A DNA stretch of 64,000 nt from Kondoa subrosea (lineage: Eukaryota). The DNA lies in contig BCIN01000003.1 in the NCBI GenBank assembly GCA_039545335.1, positions 1,178,001 to 1,242,000 of the forward strand, written 5' to 3'. Position 1 is the first letter of the stretch. Each line of letters begins with the position of its first letter. Made by a program: the position numbers and the translations under genes. The notes beneath the pieces were generated by a model. It did not search any database, was not told the DNA's origin, and saw only the letters and a program-made list of their open reading frames with translations. Positions 49,893-63,118 of this stretch are shown here, one piece after another.

Positions 49893-51446
49893 ATGGCTCA
49901 GACAGATAAGCCTTTCGATGGTATGCCTGTAGAGCATCTGGCAGCGCGAAACTGAAGTGATCCCCTAGCTGCTGCATTCTATGAGCAATTGCTGCTGCAA
50001 GACTCGAACAAGGCATTTCTCTTGCCTTGCGTTCCTTTCTGTTCTTATTTTCATCTTCCTTATCTTCTCTCCAGCCTATGCCAATAGCGGCTATCGAAAC
50101 CGCTGCTCAGTTGATCGAAAGCTCGAAAGCGAATACTGTGGGTTCCGGATGCTTTCTTGCTGTAACCCAGCTAAAGTATTTGCTGAGGCTACAGATGACA
50201 GAGTTACTGGATCAGCTGCAAAAACTAACAGATCAACTCAAAGCGCAATCCTTCAATCCAATTTCACTCAGTGAGTGAGTCATACTCCGTTGGCTGATAC
50301 TCTATTGACAGCCTGTAGGCGCCGGCGCTAATCTTCTCATGCGATTCGTTACACTTCAAAGACCATCACTGAATCAATCTTTCGATGCTTACAAACGAGA
50401 ACTAGCTCAAGAAGCTCGAGCATTCGTAAAAGGTAGCAAGTTCTGTGCAAAGAAGATCATAAATGAAGCATCCATGGTGCGTACTGCATATTTCAACTCT
50501 GCTTTTGTGCAGTTCTGAAATTTGATAGTGGCACAGTTCATTCAAGATGGCCAAACCATTCTCACTCATTCTTATTCTCGACTCGTTTCCCAAACCCTGA
50601 TACACGCAGCGACAGTCTCAAGGAAGAGATTCAACGTCTATGTAACGGAAGCGAGGCCGCATGGTTCTGGGATCAAGACTCAAGCTGTTTTAGCCAAAGC
50701 TGGGATTCCATGTAATGTGATTTTGGATTCTGCAGTGGCTTACATTATGGGCAAATGCGATATGGTGGTACGTGATGTGCTGTGAATGCGTAACAACGCT
50801 TAACCAGCTTCAACTCGATACAGCTGATGGGCGCGGAAGGTGTAGCAGTAAGCTTCCATCTACTTGTGGCATCGTCCCATCAGCTGATCAGATCGCTAGG
50901 AATCTGGTGGCTGTATAAATGCAATAGGATCTTATGGAATAGCCTTAGCAGCAAAAGCAAAAGACTGTCCAGTTTACTTCCTAGCAGAAAGGTATCTCAC
51001 TTATTCCTCCTTTTGTCGCACTATCACTCGGCTCACTCCAAACGCAGCTTCAAGTTCCTTCGACTGTTCCCTCTTTCGCAATACGATCTACCTACCTCTT
51101 CTCCGCCTCTGATCTTTACTGAATCCTCATCTACCGCGCCTGAGTCAATACCATCTGTACAACCTCGCTTAATGCGAAACTCAGCTATACCGCCTTCCTT
51201 GGAAATGACAGTGGAACAGATAGAAAACAATCCTTTGTTGGATTACTCTACACCTGATCTGATACGAGCTATCATTTCTGATGTGGGCATATTGACACCG
51301 AGTGGTAAGCTTCTACCAACTTGGGCTAGATCCTATTGATTTGCGATGTTCTTCAGCTGTAGCGGATAGTCTACTGACGGTAATTATCGCTCCTGCTGCA
51401 ATCTGACCTGACTGACAATGTATCATAGATCTTCGGAGGGGAATGA
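49893..51446 (+). CDS. GCN3: Translation initiation factor eIF2B alpha subunit
   Basis: MPIAAIE, ILTHSYSRLV, VYVTEARP, ILDSAVAYIM, SFKFLRLFPLSQYDLP, LDYSTPDLI..IISDVGILTPS. Confidence 0.95.
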
Positions 51447-51492
51447 GATTTGAAGGGTGTTTAGCTTTCGACAAGCTCTTTGCATTAATTGT

Positions 51493-53398
51493 TCACAAGA
51501 ACTGTAATCCTATTCCTACTTGGATGCCAGTTCTCGCTCCATCGCTTTTATGCTGTACTAAGGGTACACCTAAATTACATTCGAACCGTACTCCAGCTTG
51601 TCTGTAGATCAAGCCTACGCCTGCTGAGATGGAAGGTTCCGCTATTAGTTGTGTAAGGGTGTCTGTTTTGCTTTTGTCTGGCACGGATATTTCAGCTTTG
51701 TCAATGGAAATATTCGTAGGCAGCTCACTAGGATTCCAGGACATCAGATTACCGCCATTGAGGAAGAAATGCCCATTCACCGGCCAGTGAGGTTTGTAAG
51801 GGAAAGGAGTGAGTAAGCTGAGTCCAGCAGCGTATTGTAAATCTCCGCCCAGATAATCGCCTGTTCTTATTAATAAGGCTTGTGATCACACATCGGTACC
51901 AATTACTTACCATTATCTTTCGGCCCTAGATGATTTTGCTTGAATGATCGAACACTAGCTGGCCCGCCTAGCTGAAAGCGATCTGAAAAGAGTGATTCCT
52001 TGCCGAGCAAAGGGAACAGTATTCCAGATCTGAAGCCAAAGGACATCGACTGCCATAATGCATCAGCTACTAGTCTCATAGAACCCGATCGAAGAGCTCA
52101 CATAACCTGGATGCAGCGCCCTGCTAAGCTGACTTTCCATTTCAAACTTGACATGATCTGCGTCTCCACCTAGACCAGCGTATTCTTGTAAGAGCCGCAA
52201 GTATCGACCTCGTGTTGCTGCGAATGGATCGTCTCGAGTATCTGAGATAAAGGAATGCGATAAAGCGGATTTGAGAGTATGCCCAGCGGATTGTCGCATG
52301 CTAAGTCCAAGATGAGATGATGACATATGCTGAATGTTTCGACCTACGAAAGAGATGCGAAAGGTTCAAAGCCGTGCAGATGCCGTGCAACAGCCTCATA
52401 AGCGAATTCGTGATAACCAAAGCGAGACAGTGTCTTCAATCTCGCTTGAGCTCCTTGCAAAGATTCCCTACAGCTCGCGGAAAGTGTCAGGTCTCGATCT
52501 GTAGCGAAACCAATGACTTCTGCTCGGGTTGAAGGATCCGCCAGAACAGGTACATCGAGTTTGAGCTGGTAGTTTGATTTCGTTGTAGTACCGAAAGAAG
52601 CATTGCCCTCAATGAGCTCTCCTCCGCCGAAAGCGTTTCGAATGCGAGCTACACCTCCCTGAAGACGATTTCAGAAGTGTAGAGGCATTCAACAAACGAA
52701 ACTGACTGCACTGCCTAGTTCTCCGTTACCAATTTCCGTTGATACTTTGCCAAACAGCCTTGACGCTTCCTTGACGTTGAATACAAGATCTACATCGCCA
52801 TCTTGAGCCAACATGCCAGTACTATCTTCCAGCTGAACTTGAATGTCTGAAAAGATTTCAAATCTGGAAAGCTTGTCCGACAGCTTCCGCGTTCTCCGTA
52901 ACAGTTGCTGCAAAGTGATGGTCTCATCTTCTGAGTTACGCGGAGGATCAAGGTAAGGACTGCAGATGTTAGCTAGAAAGCCAGCTCGTGTATTCGTTGC
53001 GCCTTCAAAGCGGATAGCATTCAATCTGAGCTTAGTGTCTTTCTTCTCGGTGACCTAGAGCAAATGTATGAATCTGGATCCATCGCTTGTAATATGACCA
53101 AACTAACAACTTCCGACAGTCGTCTCGCATTCCTCTCGTATTCTCCCAGAAGCCTGCTTTCTATTCGCTCCTCGTGCCATCGTTTCTGACGCTCTGCTTC
53201 TTCAGGGCTGAACAGATCACTGTATGTACGTATTCGAGTTTTCGAACTTTCTGAATTGCTTGTGGGATTGCTTGATCCAGCTGCTGCTGGGGGATCTCCA
53301 GAGAAAGACTCGTTTCCGACTGGCTGAGCACTAGGTAAGCCGCTTCCTGTAGGCGCTGGATCGCTCGAAGTAGCTCCCAAAGTGGGTTGGTTGGTCAT
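51493..53398 (-). CDS. SAM50: Mitochondrial SAM complex beta-barrel subunit Sam50 (Omp85 family)
   Basis: POTRA-like EGATNTRAGFL, IRNAFGGGE, LKSALSHSFISDTRDDP, DRFQLGGPASVRSF, SAGVGLIY, C-terminal beta-signal IQVGIGLQFL*. Confidence 0.95.
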
Positions 53399-53562
53399 GC
53401 GAAAGAAGACTAATTCATGTCACCACAGTAGCGCTTTGATCCTATAAAGGCGGAACAGGATCTGTAGACTGTACTATTGCGGCGCGTTGCATATTATAGT
53501 CAACACTGCTTGATGACCTGTGCTCTTTCTCCCACGCATCACTCTTCCCTTGTCCTTCGCTT

Positions 53563-54823
53563 TCAGCTTTCAGAGCTCTCAGACTCCTCGGACTCTGAAG
53601 TATCTTCAGATGCCTCATGTGATGAAACAGCATCATTGTTCCCATCAGGTGATTCATAAGTCTTGACTTGCCAGCGTCGGCAAAATGTCGGGGAAGCTGA
53701 CGGATATGCTTGTTCCTTCCACAGCGCTCTAGTGACCATTATGAAGAACAATGAGTGAGCCAGGTAAGATTGCTTACCAGAATCAGCTTTCGATCCAACT
53801 CTGACCATTCCTCTTCCAACAGCTCAAGCTGCACTTGACGTCTTTTTAGTGCCACGATACTAGCTACGATCCAGCCAACGTCCATACACTTGCTCAAGCT
53901 CACTTTGCGAATTGCCTCGTTCACATGCACTAGCGTTTCATCGGGAAAGAAGCCGCCAATCAGTCGCAAAGTGTGTAGAGAGTCTAATTTGGCCAACCAA
54001 TCGTTTTCTTCCAGAGATGTACTGTCAAAAGAGTCCTGGATCCACAGAGTTTGCAATTTTGGCTGATGCCGAATGATGGCGTGCACAAAAACATCATGAC
54101 TACTCAACTCAACGTTGACAAGCTTGAGGTATAATAGATTTGAAGAAAATGCAGCCAATAGACTCTCAATATCACTCATCAGTAGTCGGAGTCCCAAATC
54201 CGAAATTTGACAATAGAAGGCGAGAAAGACCCGGGTCTCAATTCTGACAGACAAGAGCTTGCCGTTCCGTAGAAATTGTCGAAGTTTAAGCTCCGCAGCT
54301 GTTGCCTACCACACAATTCCTGCAATTGACTAGCCGACCAGTTTTGGAACGCTTTACTGTATTGCTTGGCACCGGAGCCCAATACAGACTCGTTGCAGAC
54401 ACCCAGCTCCGTTATACGTGTATGTTTAGCGATGAATTCGAATAAATCTTCGCTTCCATGTCGAGGCTGACCTAGATAACGCGTTTGCTCTAGATTCTTC
54501 AACATCGGAATCAGAAGCGCGACAGCTGTTGCTCCTGCTTGCAATGTAGATTGATGCCGGGTTGCAACCCAATTTTGCGGAAGCAAGCTCAAATATTTGA
54601 CCCATTCTGCGCGCTTCGGCTGTTCAATGCATTTTCGCAAGAAATACATAGCTGCTAGAGGATAGCTGAGCTCTACCGCGCTGTAGAGCAGCTCCCCGCG
54701 ACAGACCGCATGAAAGGCTTTGCATACAAGAAGGCCTCGATATATATCTTTCGACTCGTAGTGCTGCAGATTGCGGTAGATGATTTCGAGAATTTCATAA
54801 GATAGCGAATTGATTGAGGCCAT
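53563..54823 (-). pseudogene. F-box/LRR-like gene with apparent frameshift near 54185-54192 (pseudogene or sequence error); 3' end uncertain
   Basis: F-box-like MASINSLSYEILEIIY...LLVCKAF...LLYSAV. LRR-like text continues in another frame (LLMSDIESLL...LQTLWI...LHTLRL) with no convincing intron. Confidence 0.55.
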
Positions 54824-56731
54824 ACGAGTTTGAGAAGAGACAGAAGAGAAGAGACGAGAAGAGGAAGGATCACGGCCGGCAGCTGACTATTGTCGTAGCC
54901 TTCAGGTTGCCTTCAAGCCGGTGAAGATCTTAAAGGTCGTTTGTTCAGGCTGCTGGTTCAATCAGCGAGCGTCCTGCGGCAGGAAAGGAAGTAAAGCATA
55001 CTATCGCAAGCGTCCTGCTTGTCTGCGGCCTTACAATGTCTTGCACCTTCGTCGCGTCCAACTTGCGCAGAATGATTGGACACGATATGTAGACCCTCGA
55101 GTGACTGCTGCTCAGCCTAGTCTTGCATGGGACACAGAAAATCGCCAAAACTTTGACAAATTGGTGGAAGAGGTGCAACATATCAGATGTAGCTTGTTCC
55201 AACACAATGACTTCGTGCTTGGACTGGTGCAGCACAGAAGCAAAACCTGGGCTCCCTGCTGGTCCTTTTATGGAGCGTTTCCTCGGGCTCTTCGCATTTT
55301 GCAGCCTGAGGTGCTTGGGCTCGAACAGATTGCCTGCATCTCCCTTAGTACAGCAATGCTGAAGCAATATGCTCTTCTCTACTGCTTATCCTCTCTTGCT
55401 CTACCGCGCTTGGCTTGTGATTGAAGAGGTCTGAATCCAGCTGTATCCCGGTCTACATACATACTGCTTGAGGTTATGGTTAGCGAATCAAGTGAGCGTG
55501 CCATGATTATTTGCATGTGCTCAATGCAGTCAGCTGAGTGCTGACCAGTCTCTGGCTCAAACCGCTCATCTCCTCATCCCGTATCGTATCGCTGCCTATT
55601 CTATGGCATGGCTCAGCACAATCGTCCCCGGTCTCTTGTCATGCTTCTGCAGCCTTCTCTTTGTTATGTCAGGAAAAGTTCAGGAAATATCAGCTCTGGG
55701 TTGGGTCATCAAGATATACAAAGCAGTCCAATTCCCAGATCGCAACTCTCACCTGTCTAATGCAATCGCCCTGGGGTTGTATCTTCGTGTATGACTTCAT
55801 CGCAAGGCTGGCATACCTTAACGAGATGGCTTGCGCAAAACACAGTATTTGTCGCGTCTTTCTGGCATTCGTACGGTTTCTGTCTAATCTGAATTTCTTA
55901 CATCACAAGCCGCAATACCCTCAGGACTTCTTGCGTCCCATGATCGTCACGTCAGAGCTGCGGCAACATGGACCCAATCCAATCATCCCTTTGACCAATG
56001 AACGACAAGCCAATCTCAGTTTCGACCGTCTGAGCTAGTCTTAATCCGCTTTTTAGGCTGTCCTCTTTCTCTTCTCATCATCATCCTTCATCAGCTGCAA
56101 CAGGGTCGACAAGTCAGCTTCGATCTCGCTGCAGCTTCAGTATCGCATCGGTGTTCGCTCTTTCAGCTTGGCATCTCTCGCCCATGTGTACCTGCTCGGA
56201 AAGCCCATACTTGGGAGCTCTTGGATGACGCTTTATGCTTTGTTCTTCTTCTTTCGAGAGAAGCAACAAGTCACTTTGCGATTACTATCCTTGAGCAAAC
56301 AAGCTTCAAATCCAGTAGTCTGGCTTTTCTGCGGAAGGTCAGGCTTTGGTTGTGGAATGGCCGAGTGAGCGACACAGATCGGTCTCAGTTGGACTGGAGC
56401 TGCAAAACAACGGGCTTTCTCAGTTTCTCGAGTACCTCCATCGACCTGAACATCAAGCTGAAGAAGAAATCAAATGTGTCAAATTTCAAGGACAGTGGTA
56501 TGCCAGTATCTTCCACCCGTGTCAAGAACTCATTGTTCTGTTTTCTACAGTGACAATATTGTGCGTTTCAATCAAACTTGCTGCAAACAGATTCAAAGTT
56601 TCCTTTCAGCCCGACTGCAGAGCTTAGAAATATCTAGGCAAAAAATGCAAGGGCTTCGAGCTTGGGAGTATTTAGGCAATGAATATATTTGATCGATATG
56701 TATGATAATAGTAGTGTGCTCAATCATTAGT

Positions 56732-58076
56732 CTACTTCATACTCTTTGGCATTCCCTTCTCGTCTATCAACCCTTCCTCCCGACTCAATGTCCTCGGTCC
56801 ATCGCCAACTTCCGTATGTATGAATTCCTTGACGCTTCCTTCAGCCCAAACCGGGATAACTTTCTCATTGAACCCCTTTGCTAACTCTTCCTGTTGGCTA
56901 ATTTTGACTGTTTCTCCTTTTGATCCATACAAACCAAAGCGATCCAAGAAACTCGCTTGTGGGAAATACGTGTTGACGAGACTAACGATTCGTTTCATGT
57001 TTTTCGCTTCGGCGTAAATGACTGCGTTTGGTCCAGCGTCATAAGTATAAGCGGCTAACAATCCTTGACCGTTTGAAGTAGAAGAACGATTGAGTTCAGT
57101 GATGAGGGAAATGATGGATTTGGAAACATCGTTCATGTAGAAAATAGGTGGATCGGTATCGAGACAGCAAGCATGAAATTGATTAGAATCTTGCATTGTG
57201 ATTTCAGCAAACGTGTTGAAATCTTTTTCTTTGATGGCTTGAGTGATTCTCTCCATTCGGGCAGGAACGACGTTTTTGATTCGATGTTGTAATAAAGGTG
57301 AAGTAGCGACAGTTCTTTGCATACCAGCTGTTGAAGGCGTTCCTTTTTTCAAATCTGATACAACGCAAATCAATGCTTGAATTTCAGGCCAATGTTCTTT
57401 AGGCGCGACTTGGACAGCGAGCGAATCTGATCCGTCTGCTTTTTCACCCATTTGCCATGCTACAAAACCGGAAAAGAGGGAGCGACAAGCTGATCCTGAA
57501 CCTTGTCTCGCTATACGAGATAGTTCAGAAGCGGAAGAAGGGAGTTCAAAGAGGGATGCTAAAGTTGCTACCAGAGCAGCGAAACCTGATGCTGAAGAAG
57601 CTAGACCAGCTGCAGTTGGAAAGTTGTTTTCAGAGACTATATGTAGCCGTAGTGAGGATAATGGCTGTATTTGAATGAGCATTAAGCCCGCCGTGCGGGA
57701 GAGGGAAATAGCTACCTTGTCCTCTTTGCTTCCTTTCTGATCTTCCAATGCTTTCCTCAGCGCTCGCATTTCTCTCAAACAGTTTGCCATCCTCCCTTGT
57801 CCTTTCACCTCTTCCTCTTCTCCATTGAGCCATAGCCTGTCCTTGTCAAACGCCGCATCCGCTCGAATAGTCGTCTTGGAACGCAAGTGATCTTGAGATA
57901 GGGTGACAGATAAAGAAGAATTGGTAGGTAAGATGAGTTCTAGAGGTTCTCGCTTGCCCCAATACTTGATGACCGCTATGTTCTGCTCGAACACAAAAAA
58001 AATAGTCAACACTTGAAGAAACGCGACGGACATGCACTGAACTGACTACCGGTGCTGTGCAAGTAGCTTCATACAT
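56732..58076 (-). CDS. MVD1: Diphosphomevalonate decarboxylase
   Basis: MYEATCTAPV|NIAVIKYWGKR, SENNFPTAAGLASSASG, RQGSGSACRSL, DSNQFHA, AYTYDAGPNAV. Confidence 0.97.
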
Positions 58077-59379
58077 CTTATAGAGCTCGATAGGCGGCAA
58101 AGAGAGCGTTATGAGAAGACAAGCAATTTCGCGTTTCTTGGAGCAGAACCATCATATGTGTATGCTTTGGCTCTGTGCTGTACCAGCGAACTGTTTTCTC
58201 TTCGTCTGCTCAATCTGTTAGCAATTCAGGACCAGGTTTTCTCTCTACATTTTCCTTTCGTTTCCCAGGTCTTCTTAGATTCATTTATGTCTGCATGAGC
58301 GATATTGCTTTCTCCCTTCTGTGGACTGATGCTTTCTATACTCGATCTGTCCCATGTGGTCTGACTTGCTGCAGCTTCTCGTGCGCGCAAGACTATCGTG
58401 CATATGGCAAGTGCTCTACTAGCATGTTCATGTCGGACACAAGCGCCTGTATACGATTTGATCTGCTGCTACTCACAACTATTAGACACAGTACTGTATT
58501 CTGTTCTCACGCTATTGTTAATTGTTCTCCCACGCTCAGATGAACACTGCAGAACACCTCTCCTGTATCTTTGTGCTTGAGCGCCTGACGCTTTCGGTAT
58601 TTTGTTTTATCTAGTGCACGTCCTCTCAGTCGTGCTGTTCATTTCATTGGCTTGGCATAGAGGTATCAATATCTTTTGTCTACTTTTTGCTTGCACATAT
58701 ATGTCCAAAAGCAGACAATGTCGTGCATGAGGTCTTCGTACTTACTGTGAGACCTCGTATGTGCTCATGTGTCACGTACAGATGGCTTTCTGGCTTCAGC
58801 CGAACTCGTGTCGTTGATCCTCGCTTGCTCTTTCTCCAGTCTTTCTTCCTTTCTCCGGCTAAAGCTCGGTTTTCATGCAGCAGTCGGTGTAGCTGATAGA
58901 CACGCGCAACAAGACAGGAATAGGCATAGCATGTAACATATCATTAAGAGCGAGAGACTATCGAATTTAAGCATTCCGGTTCCTGACTAAAGAAAATGGT
59001 GCCAAAGACTCTTTTGCTTTTAGGCTTTCGTTCTTCTGCTCTGACTCGTCGATTCTCAGAGTAGTAGCAGCAGATACTACGCTGACGCCGCAAAGATCCC
59101 GAACAAAAGATTGTCTCCGGCTGGCATCAACGCACGGATTCTTGACAACTCGGTGAATCGAATTAGAAGCTTAGAAGCGACCACACACGAAACCAACACA
59201 CCTCGATCTCTTGGTTGCTGACTACCATACAGCTCAATTGAAGCCTGCACGCTCTTTGTTTGGCCAACCGAATTTCTACACGCGCACCAAGCGAAGGCCT
59301 ATTTGTTTTCTTATTTTCTTGATCACACACCTCCTCCTCGCTTTCGCTTCGCTCTATACACCTCAATTGATACTTCAAG

Positions 59380-61085
59380 ATGGGCTGCGGTGGATCTAAG
59401 CCTGCTGGAGACAGCGAAGCCAATCAGAGGAACGATGTTATTGAATCCCAGTTGAAAAAGGACAAGATGGCGCTAAGGTGAGCTTGGAGCCTCTCAAGCA
59501 ATGGTAGCTGTGTACTCAAGTCAGTATTGCTCAGAAACGAGATCAAGATGCTGTTATTGGGAGCAGGAGAATCTGGAAAGAGTACAATCCTTAAGCAAAT
59601 GAAGCTTATTCACCAGGTCCGTGCTTCACTCCACCTTGCTTGCTTCTTTATACTAAAGTGACAATCATCGGCATGCAGGGCTCTTATTCTGAAGATGAAA
59701 GAGAAAGCTACAAAGAAATCATTTACAGCAATACTGTTCAATCTATGCATGTCATTCTCGACGCAATGGAGATGATGGGCATCACTCTAGCTAATCCATC
59801 TCAGAATCAAGAACGAGCAAACACAGTCATGGGTTTACCTCATCAGATTGAAGGAGATTCTTTGGATCCTCATGTTACTGATGCCGTTCAAGGATTATGG
59901 AGGGATGCAGGAGTCAGGAAATGTTTCGAGCGAAGCAGGGAATTCCAACTGAACGATTCGGCGCAATAGTATGTGTCATTCTCTCTTGTTTCAAAAATTG
60001 GTTTGCATGACTAATCTTTTTCGGATTTTGTGCAGCTACTTTGATTCAATTGCTAGAATTGGTTCAGCAAATTACATTCCTTCAGATCAAGATGTACTTC
60101 GATCAAGAGTCAAAACTACTGGCATTACTGAATCTACTTTCGAAATCGGCGAATTGAGGTATAGGATGTTTGTAAGCCGAAATCCGCCTCATTGGCCTAT
60201 GCTTGATGCTCAATGCGCCTCTTCCTCGCACAGGACGTAGGAGGACAGCGATCAGAGCGAAAGAAATGGTATGTGCACTCTCTGGACTTAGAACACAGAC
60301 CTCTTGCTCATCAACTAATTCGCCTTTCTGGATAATCAGGATTCATTGTGAGTGACGCCTTTCTTCTTCACATTTATCGCATCGGCGATTCTCTCGAAAG
60401 CACATGCTTATTCTTTATGAAAGGTTTCGAGAATGTTACTGCAATTGTCTTCTTGGTTGCTATTTCAGAATATGATCAGATGGTCAGTACGCAGACTTGA
60501 CTTTCAGATCTAGCTGATGGTTATATCTCCGATCTGACAGCTTTACGAAGATGAATCTATCGTGCGCGAGACGGAAATCTAAGCTCCTTATGATGCTGAC
60601 TTCTTTGGCGAATCGCACAGAACCGTATGCAAGAAGCACTAGCCCTCTTCGATTCAATCTGCAACTCTCGTTGGTTTGTTCGAACATCCATCATTCTCTT
60701 CCTGAACAAGATCGATCTTTTCCGAGAAAAATTGGAACGATCACCCATTTCAAACTTCTTCCCTGATTATCAAGGTGGATCGGACTTCCAGCAAGCTTGC
60801 GACTACTTCAGTCATCGATTTGTTGGCTTGAACCAAAGTAATGCCAAACAGATCTACACTCATTTCACCGTGCGTCGATGAGCGTGCCTATCTCAGTTTA
60901 GTTCTGATTAGTTTGTTCACCGCTCACAGTGCGCGACGGATACGAAGCAAATCAAATTCGTCCTTTCAGCAGTCAACGACATCATAATACAGGTCAACTT
61001 GAGGGATTGCGTGAGTTTGGGTTGACAACGATATGATGAGACTTGTACTGATTACGTTCTGCCTTTCTCACAGGGTCTGCTATAA
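59380..61085 (+). CDS. Heterotrimeric G-protein alpha subunit, fungal group I (Gi-like)
   Basis: MGCGGSK lipidation motif, [32 protein letters not shown] (uses an 8-nt micro-exon 60340-60347), FLNKID, TCATD, NLRDCGLL*. Confidence 0.97.
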
Positions 61086-61614
61086 CCTGGAGTTTCTCGC
61101 TTTCGCCTTCTGTGTAATATACGCAAACTTCCCTCTACTTCCGCGAAACCCTTTCTACGCCTTCAATCATCGTATACAAGCAAGAGAAGAAGGCGCGCAA
61201 AAGGGAACAGCAGAAGAAATCGTCATATTTCCTCCTCTACCTTCTCATCCTTACTTTTCCATTGATGGTATTAATTGTTATTTTTTGGCATTTGGGTTTT
61301 ATGTTGTCGGTACAAAATTAAAGAAGATAAGGGAATGGCTAGGTCAAGGGTTGGCTGATACTGAGTATCGATACTGAGTATTCGCTTGCACCTTGTACTG
61401 TTTGCAAACCAATGCAAATCTTCCCATACTATATTCCTTCGTTTCTGGCGCCTTTACCTTGTCTTCTCGATGCCTTATTTGTATGTGATGAAACCCAGAA
61501 GAAACAGAACTGAACAAAAGTACATTGAAATAGTAGCAGTACATCTAAGGAGTAATACATTCCGACCCGTTCTCTTGCTGGTCTCTATGCGCGACCTCTC
61601 TTTATTGCACTTCT

Positions 61615-62965
61615 TCACAACTCAAAACGAAAACCTTCATCCTCCATCTTGAGATCCCCAGCAACGAAATCAATCTCTTTCTCCCATTCCAACACTTCAG
61701 CAGATTTCACCATCTTCTTCCCACTTATTGCTGCGCCTGTTTGTTTCGCTGCATTCAAAGTGGAAGCTACTGGTCTGCTTCTCGCTGTACCAGACAGATT
61801 GGACTGAATAGATGAAGTTCTAGGTTGCGGACGATCTCGCTGGAGAGAACTTGTCCGGGAAGTGGTATTGAGTTTCGATTGCGGTTTGCCAGACAAAATT
61901 GAAGTTCTAGTACCGGACAGAGAAGAAGTTCTCGTTGGACCCGAATTACTTGACGACAGAGTATTGACTCGACTACCATTCTTGAGCACAGGCTTGTTCA
62001 AGGAAGAAGAAGAAGGGAAAGAAGGTTTGACTGAGGAAGGACGTGATCCAGTGACGCTTGGACGAGCGAGACCAGTCTGAGCTTGACGTTTCGCAGGCTT
62101 GACCTCGGTGGGAGGTGAATCTGTGCGATCGGAATCATACTCATCACCAGAGGGATGAATTGCTGATATCACCGCACCTTTGACAATCTGTATCTCCTCC
62201 CATGGAACGAGATTGAACCCATAGTGTTTATCATCATCTTGTTGATCGATAGCTTCATCCACACCTGCAGCAAACCAAGGTATCGCATTGAGCAAATCGA
62301 AAACTGAAGTGTCTTTGGTATAGTCGGGCATATCTTCCGGTGGATGGTATGGTTCATCTGCAACTTGATTAGGACTGCATTGAGCAGCAAAGACGGAAGT
62401 TACCTATAGCGGTATTAGTCGCAGCACATTCGACTTCCCTTTGACTCCAATCGATGTCCTCTGCTTCCTCCGACTCCTCTACCACAGCTTCGACTTTCTG
62501 AGGCGTAGGACTCAACAACTTCTTCCTCGCCCAAGGATTAGGACTAGGCGTTTTGAGTAATTCGGCATTGAGCTTCAAAGCAGGTAAAGGCGTTTGAATC
62601 AATTGAGCTTTCTTGAGTGCTGTAGGTGTCTTGGGTGCATCTTTGGTCACTTGACGTGAAGCAGAAGGAGACCGTTTGACTGTGGTGTTGGTCTTATCTC
62701 TGAGTAACAGACGATTCCCAGGTGCGACAGTCAATGATTTGCCTGTTCAGCGTCAATGGAGCAATCAGTAAGAGTACCGAGAGGACCAACCTTGCTTCTC
62801 TTGAGCCATTACAACGCGTTGAGCATCTTTGACAGTTTGAACCAGCCTACTCGTCCCAGCTCCTTGCGATTTGCTCAGCTTCGCTCCAGGCGTAGCTTTA
62901 TATGGTCCTCCCTTGATACCAGTGGCTGGATTCTCGGTATCAACGTAGATTCTTGAACGCAACAT
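61615..62965 (-). CDS. Disordered Ser/Thr/Lys-rich protein, securin-like (3 exons)
   Basis: DTENP near the N-terminus, D-box-like RLLLRDKTN, several TP/SP sites, acidic EEAEDIDWSQREVE followed by EPYHPP. Confidence 0.55.
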
Positions 62966-63118
62966 CGTTGAGTTGGAACAACGAGCAAGTTCGAAAAATA
63001 TACAAGTCTTATACCTCGCGACTGTGCACTTGCTAGTTCTTGAAAGAGTGTGCCGCACCTGTGTCCACCATAGCGACTAGCTGGTACAACCTGTGCTTGC
63101 TCTCTCAAGCCAGTTGCT

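Noticed and set aside
57666..57716. Apparent 17-aa insertion in MVD1 (VAISLSRTAGLMLIQIQ)
   Set aside because: It is a stop-free 51-nt intron (GTAGCT...TACAG).
58100..59379. Long MVD1/G-alpha intergenic region with short ORFs
   Set aside because: No coding motifs or recognisable RNA gene; consistent with a divergent promoter and UTRs.
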